Under the pieces are notes generated by a model. That model was given only the letters and a program-made list of their open reading frames with translations, was not told the DNA's origin and made no database searches. This document shows, piece after piece, positions 50,601 to 62,159 of a stretch of DNA of 64,000 nt. The first letter of the stretch is position 1. Each line of letters begins with the position of its first letter. Source of the DNA: Antechinus flavipes (Eukaryota); the NCBI RefSeq assembly GCF_016432865.1, contig NC_067400.1, positions 612,002,001 to 612,066,000 on the forward strand. The letters run 5' to 3'. The translations under genes and the position numbers were made by a program.

Positions 50601-53600
50601 GTGGAGGTGGAGCCGGAGCTGGAGCCAGAGCCGGAGCCAGAGCAGGAATGGGAGCAGGAGTGGGATCAGGAGCTAGAGTTGTTTCTTGGGGGGCTGGTGC
50701 AGAGACTTCGACAGGGGGCCGAGATGGGGGGGAAGCTTCAGTCTTTGGGGGTCGGGGGGCCTCTTCGTCCATGAACCGTCGAGGGGTCTTGATGAGACGG
50801 GAAGATCGGGCACTCACCACAGGCATGATAAACTGTCTAATATTTTTCAGGAAAGTGGTCCCCTTGGGGGGGGCTGTAGGACTGTCTTCAGGAGGCCCTG
50901 CAGGAGGGACAGGGGTAGGGGGGGAGCCACCTTCTGGCCCTGCTCGGGCCGCCTCCCGTTCAGCTCGCTGGGTAGGGGTCAGGGGAGGCCGGCCTCTTTT
51001 TCGAGATCTAGTAGCTGCTGTGGCCAGGGGAGGGGGCGTATCTCCCTCCTCCTCAGGAGCTGGAGGGGGTGGAGGGGGTGGAGGTGGGGGAGGGGGAGGG
51101 GAAGGTGGAGGAGGGGGAGTAGGCAGAGGAGGTGGTGGTGAAGGTGCCTTTTCTTCCTCTTCCTCGGTCACCTTCTTCTCTTCTTCGTCTTTTTCTTCTT
51201 TTTCCTCCGGCTGCCACTTTGGATGTTGCTCCTCTCCTCGGTCAGACCCAACTCTACCTGGAGGGACTCCCCGGCGGCCCCCCCTTCGACGGCCTCGACC
51301 CCGTCCTGGCTCGGGTCCCAAGGTCAACTGTCCCATCTTCATCTTTTTAGCCTTTGAGACGAACTTGAGTAGGAGAGGGAGTCTCCCCCGGCCACGGCCC
51401 CTACCTCCTCGGCCCCCACGGCCCGAGTCCCCTCTTTTGTGACTCCCGGGGCCAGTGGCCTCTCGGTGTCTCCAGGCCCCAGCACGTCGACTTCCCGGGA
51501 CTATGGGGAGCGCGGCCTTGGGAGTCGCCGCGGCCTTGGGAGTCGCCGCGGCCTTGGGAGTCGCCGCGGCCTTGGGAGTCGCCGTGGCCTTGGGAGTCGC
51601 CGCTGCCACCGCTGGCAGCTTCTTCTTCTTCTTCTTCTTCTTCTTCGAAGAGCCCGGTGGCCGGCCTCGAGGCCGACGAGGGGTGGGAGATTCGGAGACT
51701 CGGCCCCGAGGACTTGGCGGGGCCTGGGCCCGCTGAAGCAGCTCAGCCAGTACCTGCACCATCCGCTCTTTGCCAGTCTCGCCCCGTCTCCGGGACGGGG
51801 CCTTCTGGGGGGGAAGGGCCACTTCGGCTGGGCGGGGAGGTGGAGGGGGGGTGGTCCTGTGTTTGCGGCCCCGGCCTCTGGGGGTTCCACCTGTGGGGAG
51901 AGTGGTCGTTTGTGGAGATGGATAACGGTGAACCCAAAGCACGAGGAGGCAGGAGCTGGAGCCGGTGAGAAATTGGGACCCGTTATGGAGATGCTTTTCT
52001 AGAGGACTGGAAAGTCTCTGCCCCTCACTCACCTTGCTGGGACCGCAGCGCAGAGCGCAGGGAACTGGGGGCCACATCTTCATCTGAGTGGAAACCCAGA
52101 AACTCCTCCTGATGGAGGGGACCAGGAGTGAAGGGAGTAGTCAGTGCCAATGAACCCTCCTCCACTTGACCCCGCATTAGGTTGTACCCCACTTCCACCT
52201 GCGCTAGCCCCAAACCGGGAGAAATTTGGGAAAGCAAAGCAGGATCCAAGGAAGGCTCCAAGTCTTCCCTGTACTCCCTCTCTTCAATTCGTGGCCCTGA
52301 GCCCTTCCAGAAAGGAATGGCTTCTGCTAGTCTAGGCAGAATAAGCCTAAACTCAGGGGCTCACAGCGGCATTTGCCTACAAGTGGCTCCAGTTCAGAAA
52401 AGCTCTCCAAACAGAGCCGGGCACTCAGCCCCCCCAAAGACAGGCACAGGGTCAGAATCCGGCTGGGCTCCAGCCCAGGCCCACAACACCAGGACAATGC
52501 TCGGCAGCCCCTCGGGCTAAACATTACAATCAACCTCAAGCTTCCTGAGCCCCCTCGGGCTAAGATGCAGCCACAGTCCCAAACTGCACCTCCGAACAAA
52601 GTCCCGCAGACTGGGGGAGGGGAGGGGAAGAGGGAGGGGGAGGGGAGGGGGGTGGGATCTACAGCCAGCCAAGCCTTCAGAGACCTCGAACTTCCTGGTT
52701 GTCACTTTACATCTCCCCATCCAAATTCCCTGGGAGGAATCTTCCTTATGCCTTCATCCCCACCCCAAATTAGAAGGCAGGGAAACTGAGGTATCAGCAA
52801 GGCCAGGAGGGAGTTTGGCCAAGGTCACAGGGCAAGCCAAAGGCGTTCAAGAGATGAGGATCCCGGGGTCTTCCCAACCCGGGGTTCCACCCACCAGAGC
52901 CACGCTGTTTCTAACAACTCCCGAAGGCTGAGTATCCCCAGACATCCTGCTCTGTTTTCTGTGTCCCCTCCCCCCCCACAAAACCCCCCGAGCTTCTCAG
53001 ACACTAGCGGGACTCACTGGGCGCTCCCCCTTAGCTCCAGCCCCCCTAAGGAGCCAGCCAGTCCCCACCACCCCAACCCCCAGGCTAGCAGCCGGGCCCT
53101 CGCCTCGGTCTCCCAACTCTGGTCCCCTTCCTTCAGCCCCCACCCCGTCCCTAGCAAGGCAGGGCCTCCCCCACGCCAGTCCCCTCCCCAGCTCTCCGAA
53201 CCCGGGTAGGGGGGAGGTTCCTCCCCCCTCCCCCGGGGCGCTGCCGGCCCCTCTCGCCCCAGCCTGCTCACCTCCTCCTCCTCGTTCTCCTCGTCAGTGC
53301 TCTCCTCCACCTCCTCCTCCTCCTGCCCCTGGCCCGGGTCGGACTCCTCTTGCAGGCCGGCCCGGCCCCGGCCTCGGCCCCGACTCCGGCTCCGGCCCCG
53401 GCGAGTGTGCAGTCCCTTCCACAAACGGCGGAACCGGCGCAGGCCCCGGCGGAGGCCGAGCAGGCGGCGCAGGGCCGTGTCCTCGCCGGGTTCCGCTCCT
53501 CCAGCCCCGGCCGCGCCGCCGCCGCCTCGCCGCAGGGCCACCCGGGCCCGCTCCCCGCCGCCGCCCCGCCCGCAGCGGCCCCCGCCCCCGCCGGGGCCCC

Positions 53601-53673
53601 GTGGCCGGCCCGGGAAGCGGCCCCGCGCCGAGCCAGGCCCCGGGCAACCGCCGCCGCCCGCCGCCGCCGCCAT
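38697..53673 (-). CDS. KMT2B: Histone-lysine N-methyltransferase 2B (MLL2/MLL4 alias), about 2734 aa
   Basis: 37 exons (minus): 53673-53272, 52108-52033, 51890-49852, 49694-49581, 49463-49313, 49209-48930, 48645-48590, 48264-47989, 47734-47640, 47310-47212, 46934-46821, 46679-46533, 46433-46338, 46239-46122, 46023-45910, 45723-45539, 45464-45375, 45267-45163, 45059-44986, 44894-44776, 44677-44583, 44457-44320, 44035-43877, 43645-43525, 43416-43338, 43241-43081, 42358-42131, 42006-40722, 40603-40514, 40434-40325, 40214-40077, 40003-39929, 39830-39653, 39557-39450, 39352-39269, 39179-39050, 38972-38697 (8205 nt). Menin motif [15 protein letters not shown] fingers, FYRN, taspase site QLDGVDD, FYRC, WIN (GCARAE region), SET and post-SET (..CRRFLN*). 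AATAAA (minus) at 38433-38438. Confidence 0.98.
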
Positions 53674-54900
53674 CTTGGCACCGTGAGAGGGGCCGGGGAG
53701 GCGGGGGGAGGGGCGGCCCGGGCGCAGGACCGGGGGGAGGGGAGGGGGCGGGGCAGCCCGCGGCGCACGACAATAATAAGCGCCACAGCGCCCCGACCCG
53801 GCCGGCGGGAAGCGGCGCGCCCAGCCCAGCCCCACCAACACCTCCACCAGCACCTCCACCTCCACCTCCAGCAGTAGCAGCAGAGCAACAGCACCACCAC
53901 TACTTCCACTACCACTACCGCTTCCACCACCGCTTCCACCACCACTACCACCGCGGGGCACCACGGGAGCTAGAGCCTGACGCGCCGCCCGGCCCCTTCT
54001 GCTCCCCGCCGGGAAGACAGAGGCCTGGGGTCTCAGGGAGGAGCAAAAGAAGTGCGGCGCGGGGGCCGCTGGGAAATGTAGTCCCTCCACCTCACCGCTT
54101 CCGTTAGCCACGGGAAAGGAGCCGGGGGCGGAGAGTGGCCGACTACGTGCTCCCGAGCAGGGCACTAGAGGGCACGAGGTAGACCGATGGGGGGCTCGGA
54201 GGCCGCTGGTACATGTGGTCCTTCTTCCCCACCAACTCCATTGTTCTTCCCGGCTCAAGCTTAGCAGGGCGGACTACAGCTCCCAGGGGGCAATGTGGCC
54301 AAGAGGAAAGAAAAGAAGGGCGGAGCGACAAAGCACACGAAGTGTGAGAGCGAACCGCCTCGGTTTTGCGGAGGGAAGGACTTGGGGGGGAAAAGGGCGT
54401 CAGACCCCCACGCACTGGGGCCCCGGGGGCTGGGTTGGCGGCTTCGCGTGGAGACGCCCACTTCCCCCACCGGGGGAGAGCGTTGCCAAAGTTTGGTGAG
54501 CGCGGGAAGCCCCCAGACCCTTCGGGTCTGCTCGTGGTGCCGAGCCGGCTGGACACTTCCTTAGAGTAAGAGGCATCTCCGCCTCCTGCGGGCCCTCCCT
54601 CCCCCCGCCACTGCCAGGGTCTCGGGTGACGCTGCTGGGGGAGCCCAGACCCTGTCCCCCAGGAAAGCGACCGAGGGTCTGGAGAGGCGGGGGTCACAGG
54701 CGCGATGGTCGGGGGCTGCTCGCATGCGACCGCTAAGTCGGACACACTTTTCCTCTTCCTCCTTAATTCTCCTTAATCCTCCTCCTCCTCCTCCTTCTCC
54801 TCCTCCTCCTCCGAGAGCCGAGGCTCTGGCAGCTTTATTGCCTATCCGCATCCCCTCCGGCCGCGCCAGCGCGCCCGCACTGAGGCAGGCAGCCGAGGAG
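53200..54900. promoter_or_regulatory. KMT2B CpG island and promoter
   Basis: Very CpG-dense; ACTACATTTCCCA motif at 54070-54082; triplet-mosaic repeat at 53830-53950. Confidence 0.75.
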
Positions 54901-56671
54901 AGCGCCCCATCTCCGGGCTTGGCCGTGCCGCTCCAGTGCCGTTTGTGGCCAGAGAATGGGGGCACAATGAGAAGACGAGGGACGGTTTCTGGAGGAAGAC
55001 TAGAGGGAAGCGGCCTGGACGGCCCATCCAGGGGGCAGTTGTCCCGGTGGGCAGCTCCGAGTGTGGGCCCGCCTAGGAGCCGTGTTGGGGCAGCTAGCCT
55101 GGCACAGTGGACACTGGTAAGGGTCCGTGCTGTGTGTCCCGAGGTGCTTGGCTGCGGCAGAGAAGTCCCGGGAACGCTGAGGGCGGAGGCGACGAGATTA
55201 GGGCTTCTCCCCTAGGGAAGTCGGAGAAGCACAGGTGAAAGGCTGCGGCCGGGCTGGCCCCAGGCCCAGGTACGACCATTTGGGCCGGAGGGGAAGGGGG
55301 AGCAGCCTCCTGGCTCTGTTCTGCTCAGAAGGACCCCGCCCCTCCCAAGATGGAGAGGAAAGCATGGACTCCCTAAGGCAAGACACCAAGTACCTTCCCA
55401 GACTCTGCAGCGAGTCTCCATCTTTCCTCGTCTGGGCCGAGACCCCTAGGGGGGACATGGGCCCTGCTAACGTGTGGGGTGAGCAGCAGCCTCTGGGGAA
55501 GGTCGAGCGAGGGCTCCGGGAAGTCCCTGGGGCTGGCCGCCAGGGGGCAGGGCGAGCACGGCGGGGCCTGCCCATGGGGATCCCAGCTCTTACCTGCCCT
55601 GCTCCTGCGCTCAGAGGTGGCCTCCATCCTCAGTTGGAGGGACCTGCTCGAGCCACGGGGTCTTCCCTCTGCCCATCCGAGGGGCTTGGCCTGCCAGTAA
55701 ATGAGAGGTGCCCAGCCCAGGCCAGGAATGGGAGAACTTAGTGAGGCAGGGGAGGGAGGAAGCATCCAAGCCTCTGCTCCGAGTCCTGGCTACCAGAACA
55801 CGCTCTGCGGATTCTTTCCTGCCTTATCTAGGCAAAAGTGCCTTCGTGGCTGCTCCTGACATTTCCATGTTCTGTCCCAAGAGCCTCCCTCTTGTTCCAC
55901 CTCCCCAAACTCACCTCTGTTACTAAGGCCACATTTCTCCTCAACTCCAGGGACTGGGGTGCTATGGGAGAAGGGGGTCCCATGGCCTCTGAGCAGCCTG
56001 GCCTGCTGCTGGGGGCATGGAGATAAGGGGCCTCCTCAGCCAGCCTTGGGAGGTTCCCAGACTCTGAAGACCCTTGGGGAGGGGTCTCTGCCAAGGGCCC
56101 CTGCCTGTGGCTGCATTCTGTGGTAGATTCTCCTGCTGCTTTTAACGGGACCACCTCCAGGCTCACCGGCTCTTCTCCCACCTTCTAGGAGATGTGCTTG
56201 ATCTCTGCCCATCATTAAAGGGTGTCCCCAATTCCAACCTTTTGGATCCATCCTTCCTTCCTCTTTCCTCTCCAATTGGTTCTTGCTTGTCCTGGGACTG
56301 TTCCAGGCCCTGATATCCCTTTTTGACCTCTTTCCCAAGAACCCTCCTGCACTCTACTTCCAGGGTCTCTGCACCCGAGCCCCAGGCTGCCTGGAAGAGG
56401 ACCCAGCTCTCCAGGCCTCAGCATCAGGGTTTCCCCATCAGCAGTGCAAAAAGTGGGCAGAGATGGGAGGGCCGATGCCCTAGAGGTCCATCACTCTCTC
56501 CGGGCCAGCTGCTGGCTCCTGTTTGCCAGTACCAGGCTGTGTGTGGCCTGGGAACTTGTGTGTCCCACACTGACTACAGCATCACGAAGTGCTGCCCTTA
56601 AGAGTAGCTACTGGTCAAACTAGTCCGTCTACACCATGGGGGCTAGGCAACTGCACTGAAGGCAAGGCCAC
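54834..56671 (-). pseudogene. ZBTB32: ZBTB32 (ROG/FAZF/PLZP) unitary pseudogene
   Basis: Syntenic position and strand, upstream of KMT2B. BTB remnant: GTG at 56671 replacing ATG (VALPSVQLPSPHGVDGLV*), TGA at 56617-56615, then frameshifted HSLVLANRSQQLARR, GETLMLRPGELGPL and AAWGSGAETLEVEC. The last exon from 55211 reads [41 protein letters not shown]...QLPPGWAVQAASL*SSSR. AATAAA (minus) at 54834-54839. Confidence 0.9.
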
Positions 56672-59559
56672 TGCCCCCTGTCCAGGGAATGGACTCACAA
56701 ACTCTTGGAGAGAATCTGCAGAGTGGGGAAAGGCCCAATGAGGGAGTTGTTGGACCAGAGCCCCTAGGCCTGAAACATGAATAACTTGAAAAGAGAAGAA
56801 TTCTGTCACCTACCAAGAGAGGAAGAGTTAGAACTGCACTAGGACTGATGGAAGCTAGATCTTACTGAGGGGTTTTAGGGAGAGAAGACACCATAACAGA
56901 ATTTTTGACTCCCTCAGTAAAGTACAGTCCCTCTGTAGTTCAGACTGAGGGAAGAACATGAAGTTTTCCGAAGCCCTAGAGGATAAGAGGGCCAGGATTC
57001 CAATAATACAAAATAAGAGATAAATTTTGAGGGAGTTGGGAGCTCCTCCATCACTGACCACCAAAGCACAGCTAGCAGTCACTCAATATTCATTCCTTTT
57101 AGAAGTCGGGTGGTAGATGGAAAGGAATTGCTACTTAGTGACAGAAATGGAATCAGGCATGAGGTCAGAATTTCCAGGGGAATAAGATCACAACACTTTC
57201 AAGGAAAACCCTGGAACTGAGGACTCCCCAGCATTGAATTAGAAAGGGGATGAGCTTCTATTCTTAGGGAGTCAGGAGAAAAGGAGAAACTGAGTTTGGG
57301 AGATCAAAAAAACCTGACCCCAGGGAAGATCTGAAACCAAAAAGAAGAAAAAAACGAGACTGAAAGCAGATTTTCATTAAAGACAAAAAAAGACATTTGC
57401 CGGGATGGAAGCTATTATTTTCCAGGTTTAGAGAAGGGTGAAAAGATTGAAAAGGCCCAATGCTCCAAATGACTTTAAATTTAGTATTTTGTGAAAGAAA
57501 AATGAGAATGAAGAAATGTGACAATCATGCCTCTTACAAAAAGAAGAGGATATTCTGGATAAAAGTCTCTTTCAGAGACAAAATTATCTTTATGGAAAGG
57601 GGGATAGAGTATTGGATAGTATACAAAGACTATTAAGTGGGTTTTAGAAACAGGTATAATGTGGGGTTGGGAAAGTAGATTACCAGTTGGAGATAAACAA
57701 TTCAAGCCTCTAAACTACTCTTAGAGCTTCTGCTCCCCAGACCTCAATTTCTATTGGCTCCACCTACTTCCCTTGGGCCTCCTCATTGGATGTCCACGTC
57801 TTACTCTCTTTTGTTCAAGAAGGAGAATTTCACACCCTATTATATGCCTGAATATCAATTTTTGCTACTAGAATCACCTACTTTGTGACCTTGAGCCCTT
57901 TTCCTAGGGTTGACAGCAAGTTTGTAGTTGACTCTGGGTTAGAAAGATGGAAATTATTTATACTCTTGGTCCTGAAAGGGACATAGATTCAAAAGAATGG
58001 ACACAAGTCAAATACAAAGTGATCTTATCCCTCATGCTGAATCATACTGAATACCTCTGGATCAAGATTTGCTTAATGAGAATGTTCCTTATCGCCTAAA
58101 CTCCACAGTTGGTGAAAAGAAATATTGACCAAATGGCCTGACTTTAAACTATCCACCAAATTCTGAAAGAGAAGCTCCAGGGTAGAGTTAAAATGTCTCA
58201 ATATTCTCATTTTCTGTCTCTCTCTCCCACTCCCCGCCCCCCCTTCCCCCTCCCAAACACAGCTCAAGGTTTCTTTTACTTCCTGGACAAAAGGCATAGC
58301 TAGTACTTTCTGATACAGGATAAAAAAGAAAAACTCAAATTACTTATGCTTTCTTCTATTTCTTACCACAAGCCCCTCAGACTTGATGTTCCATCCTAAG
58401 ACCAGACCCCTGTCCTTCCAACCTTTTTGCCAGTTGTATCTTTCTTCCTAGCACCCAGCTGTGAACAAGAATGGCTTTAAGAGTCCCACCTCCTCCCACA
58501 TCCTCGTGAAAATTCTTTTGAGAGTAGGCTATTTTGTCCTTTTATCTATATCACCTAGCACAGTATCTTGTACAAGGGTGACTAGTTCTTGTTTGTTTGA
58601 TTGAATTATTATTATCTAGATTAATTTCTTTTTTTTTTCAGATATTCTCTCCATTTTCTGCTTTCTTTGAAGAAAGTTAGTTTGTCTTCTACCTGTCATG
58701 AATAATTAAATTGAGTGTGCCACTGGAAGAGAAGATAGGGAAAGGCAGGTGCAGTGAGGAAAAGAGTAGTGGTTCTGAGTCAGTTGAGGGGGAATGTGAG
58801 TCAGAATGAAAAAGGAAAATGCAAATAGGCTATCTATACTCATTTGCCCCTCCCTTGAACCTCAGAGATTTTCCTTTACTGTGCTTTTGACTGTATCCTC
58901 TTACTCACGAGATCCAAGTAAAGGGACACACTCACAGAAACTTAATATATTGATCAATAAATCCATATACACAGAATACAGACATAGAGAATCCTCTCCA
59001 AAATATGCTAAAAGATATGAGAAGAGAGGAATCAAGAAAAGGAAAGGGACAGTTGTGACAGCTTGGAAAAAAACTGGGAAAAATACATGGGGGTGATTAC
59101 CCCACTCTGCCCGCCCCGCATCATGTGCCAGTGACTCAAGACCTTTGCTTTTTTGATCTAGAGATTTTAGGGGCTGTCCCCAAAGAAAAGAGTACCCCCC
59201 TTACAAATTATACCTGTAGGAACAAGAATTACCACCCTGGGATCCTAGGATGCCAACACAGGATAGAGCCTATGACACAGACAGCAAGGGGACTCTCCTC
59301 TAATGGACACAAGACCTCAGAGAACAGGAAATCCCATGGGTAAAGACCCATATTTCACTGGACTAGGAGTATAACAGGATTTTCATACTAGTTCTCCCAC
59401 AAACTAGCTGGGCCTAATTCAATAAGCATATGTTAAGTGCCTAGTATATCCATTTTGTTTTTACCATCATATTCCTGCCAATTGTGTGTCAGGTCTTTGA
59501 GGGCAGAAATAATTTTCTTTGATTCTTCCTATAACACTTATTACACAGTATCTAAAGGT

Positions 59560-60580
59560 AGATTCATGAGAGAGAACTGCTGGTTGAACTGAAATAAAGT
59601 GGGGACAGAGCTTAGGAAAGAGATGAGAGCTGAATACTGGGACAGGGGAGTCATAGGAAGAAAAAAGATGATTGAACCTGCAGGTGCTGATGAGATCACT
59701 AAGAGTAGAAATAGAGAAGGACCCAGAGTTTTGGAATACAACTAAACAGAATGGAGGATGATGATCCTTCAAAGGAGCCTGAGAAAAGTCAATCAGAAAA
59801 CTAGAAAGAATCAGAACAAAAAACTCGGAACTGAGTACCCCCAGGAGGAAAAGGAGCTGATAAACAATGTTGAATGCAATGGTCAAGGACAAGGACTGAA
59901 AAAAGGGCATTAGGTTTAGCAACTGAGATATTGGTTTATTTTCTTGGAAGAAGCCATTTCATTTCTAAACTGAAAGGAAATAACCAGCTCCCTCCCCAAA
60001 AAAAAAAAGATATGAAAGACACTTGTTCCACTATTATAGAAATAGAAGGTCCACAAAATACATCGAAATTATTTGGGGGGCGGGGTTCTCTTTTGGGGAG
60101 GAAGATAATAGAAAATTTCTAGGAAAGGGGAAAGAACAGGAACATGGATAAATTTAGAAATGTAAAAAAACCCCAAAAATATGTCATTAATTTTGTTGTT
60201 TAACAGAAGGCTTTTGTGACAGTACAAGAAAGAAATGATGAGGACAAGAACTAAGATGAAAGCTTCATGAGGGGAGAGAGCTTTTAAAAGATGTGGGAAA
60301 AATTATCAAAAGATGTAGCAATGGATTAGCCATAGGGGCTGAGAGTGAAAAGCTGAGGATGATACTGAAGTTTTGACTAGGATGACTGAAAGGATGATAG
60401 TGCCTCCAGAAGTAGTAGGGAAGTTTGGAAGAGGAATGGGTTTGGTGAACAATTTCTAGTTCTGTTTTGTATCTATTGAGTTTACTCAGATACTACACAA
60501 CATTCACTTCATAATGTCCAAAAGGAGTTGGCTATGTGGAACCGAAGCTCACCAGAAAGATTAGGGCTAAATAGATCTGT
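59560..60580 (-). mobile_element. Old LINE-2 fragments
   Basis: gagaactgctggttgaact..., ggtcaaggacaaggactgaaaaaagggcattaggtttagcaa and aggatgactgaaaggatgatagtgcc...ggaagtttggaagagg resemble reverse-strand L2 ORF2/3' sequence. Boundaries approximate. Confidence 0.55.
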
Positions 60581-60705
60581 AGAGATGTTACTTGCATTCA
60601 CAGACCAGAGACTTGGAAGGGTACACATAGTCACCATAAATGGATAAATATCTAGCAAAGGGTAAAATAAGTCCCCTACAGCTCTAAAGATTATATGAGT
60701 CTAAA

Positions 60706-60906
60706 CTGTTCGGTTCTGCAAACATATATTGTATCTAGGATATACTGCAACATATCTAACATATATAGGACTGCTTGCCATCTAGGGGAGGGGATGGAGG
60801 GAGGGAGGGGAAAAATCGGAACAGAAGCGAGTGCAAGGGATAATGTAAAAAAAAATTATCCTGGCATGGATTCTGTCAATATAAAGTTATTATAAAATAA
60901 TATATA
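60706..60906 (+). mobile_element. 5'-truncated L1 3'-UTR insertion with target-site duplication
   Basis: Nearly identical to 61605-61790. Flanked by the 20-bp TSD aaagattatatga(g/c)tctaaa at 60686-60705 and 60907-60926. Confidence 0.85.
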
Positions 60907-61125
60907 AAAGATTATATGACTCTAAATGGAGTTTAATATCCCCAACTATGTCCATGGGGGCCCTTTGCTTCTCACCTTGAAGTCAGTAATACATTGAGGC
61001 CCTTTTAGTCTTAGTTGTGTTGTTCTGGGACAGTGGCAGGAAATTGTATACCTTCGACGGTGAGCTGCTAGTTGTCCCTGGAAGTTCTCACTTCCCTCAC
61101 ATTCTCAATAAGAATTTACCTGCTC

Positions 61126-61801
61126 GTGTTTCTACTGGGCTTATACCCCAAAGAGATACTAAAGAAGGGAAAGGGACCTGTTTGTGGCGGCCCTGTTTAT
61201 AGTGGCTAGAAGCTGGAAAATGAATGGATGCCCATCAATTGGAGAATGGTTGAGTAAATTGTGGTATATGAACGTTATGGAATATTATTGTTCTGTAAGG
61301 AATGACCAGCAGGATGAATACAGAGAGGACTGGCGAGACTTACATGAACTGAAGCTAAGTGAAATGAGCAGAACCAGGAGATCATTTTATACCTCAACAA
61401 TGATACTGTTTGAGGATGTATTTTGATGGAAGTGGATCTCTTCAATAAAGAGAGCTAATTCAGTTTCAATTGATCAAAGATGGGCAGAAGCAGCTACACC
61501 CAAAGAAAGAACACTGGGAGATGAATATAAACTGCTTGCATTTTTGTTTTTCTTCCCGGATTATTTATACCTTCTGAATTCAATTCTCCCTGTGCAACAA
61601 GAAAACTGTTCAGTTCTGCACACGTATATTGTATCCAGGATATACTGTAACCTATTCAACATGCAAAGGATTGCTTGCCATCTGGGGGAGGGGGTGGAGG
61701 GAGGGAGGGGAAAAATCGGAACAGAAGTGAATGCAAGGGATAATGTTGTAAAAAATTACCCTGGTATGAGTTCTATCGATAAAAAGTTATTTAAAAAAAA
61801 A
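61126..61801 (+). mobile_element. 5'-truncated LINE-1 (ORF2 C-terminus, 3'-UTR, polyA)
   Basis: ORF 61184-61426 ..AALFIVARSWKMNGCPSIGEWLSKLWYMNVMEYYCSVRND is the L1 ORF2 C-terminus. G-rich 3'-UTR tract, A-tail, and 13-bp TSD aatttacctgctc at 61113-61125 and 61802-61814. Confidence 0.9.
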
Positions 61802-62159
61802 AATTTACCTGCTCTGCTATTTTCCTAAAGAGGAAGCCAGAAACTCAAAGGTTCTGAGAACCTAGTCCAGCTTCAGCCTCATGGGAAGAGGAAATAAGGA
61901 TTAAGATACTAAGGAAGAACCTAGGCAGGCAAAAGCACACTGGAAGAGGTAGAGGTGGGTGGGGGTCACAAATATATTTCACAAGCATTTTCCATAGTTT
62001 GAAATATTTCACATGGGCTTGAACCAAGGTAGTTAAACAGGAGTGTGCCATGCAAACCTGAAATGCATTCTGTCCAGGGGTTCAGAACCACTGACAGCAT
62101 ATCTATAGGAGCCCAAACTTCCAAAGAACTACAATCAAAATCATACCTTTTGAGCACAA

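Noticed and set aside
55198-56809. Short ORFs over ZBTB32 read as an intact small gene
   Set aside because: Homology switches frames and crosses stop codons, so this is pseudogene sequence.
61184-61426. 80-aa ORF as a host gene
   Set aside because: It is the C-terminus of L1 ORF2 in a truncated insertion.
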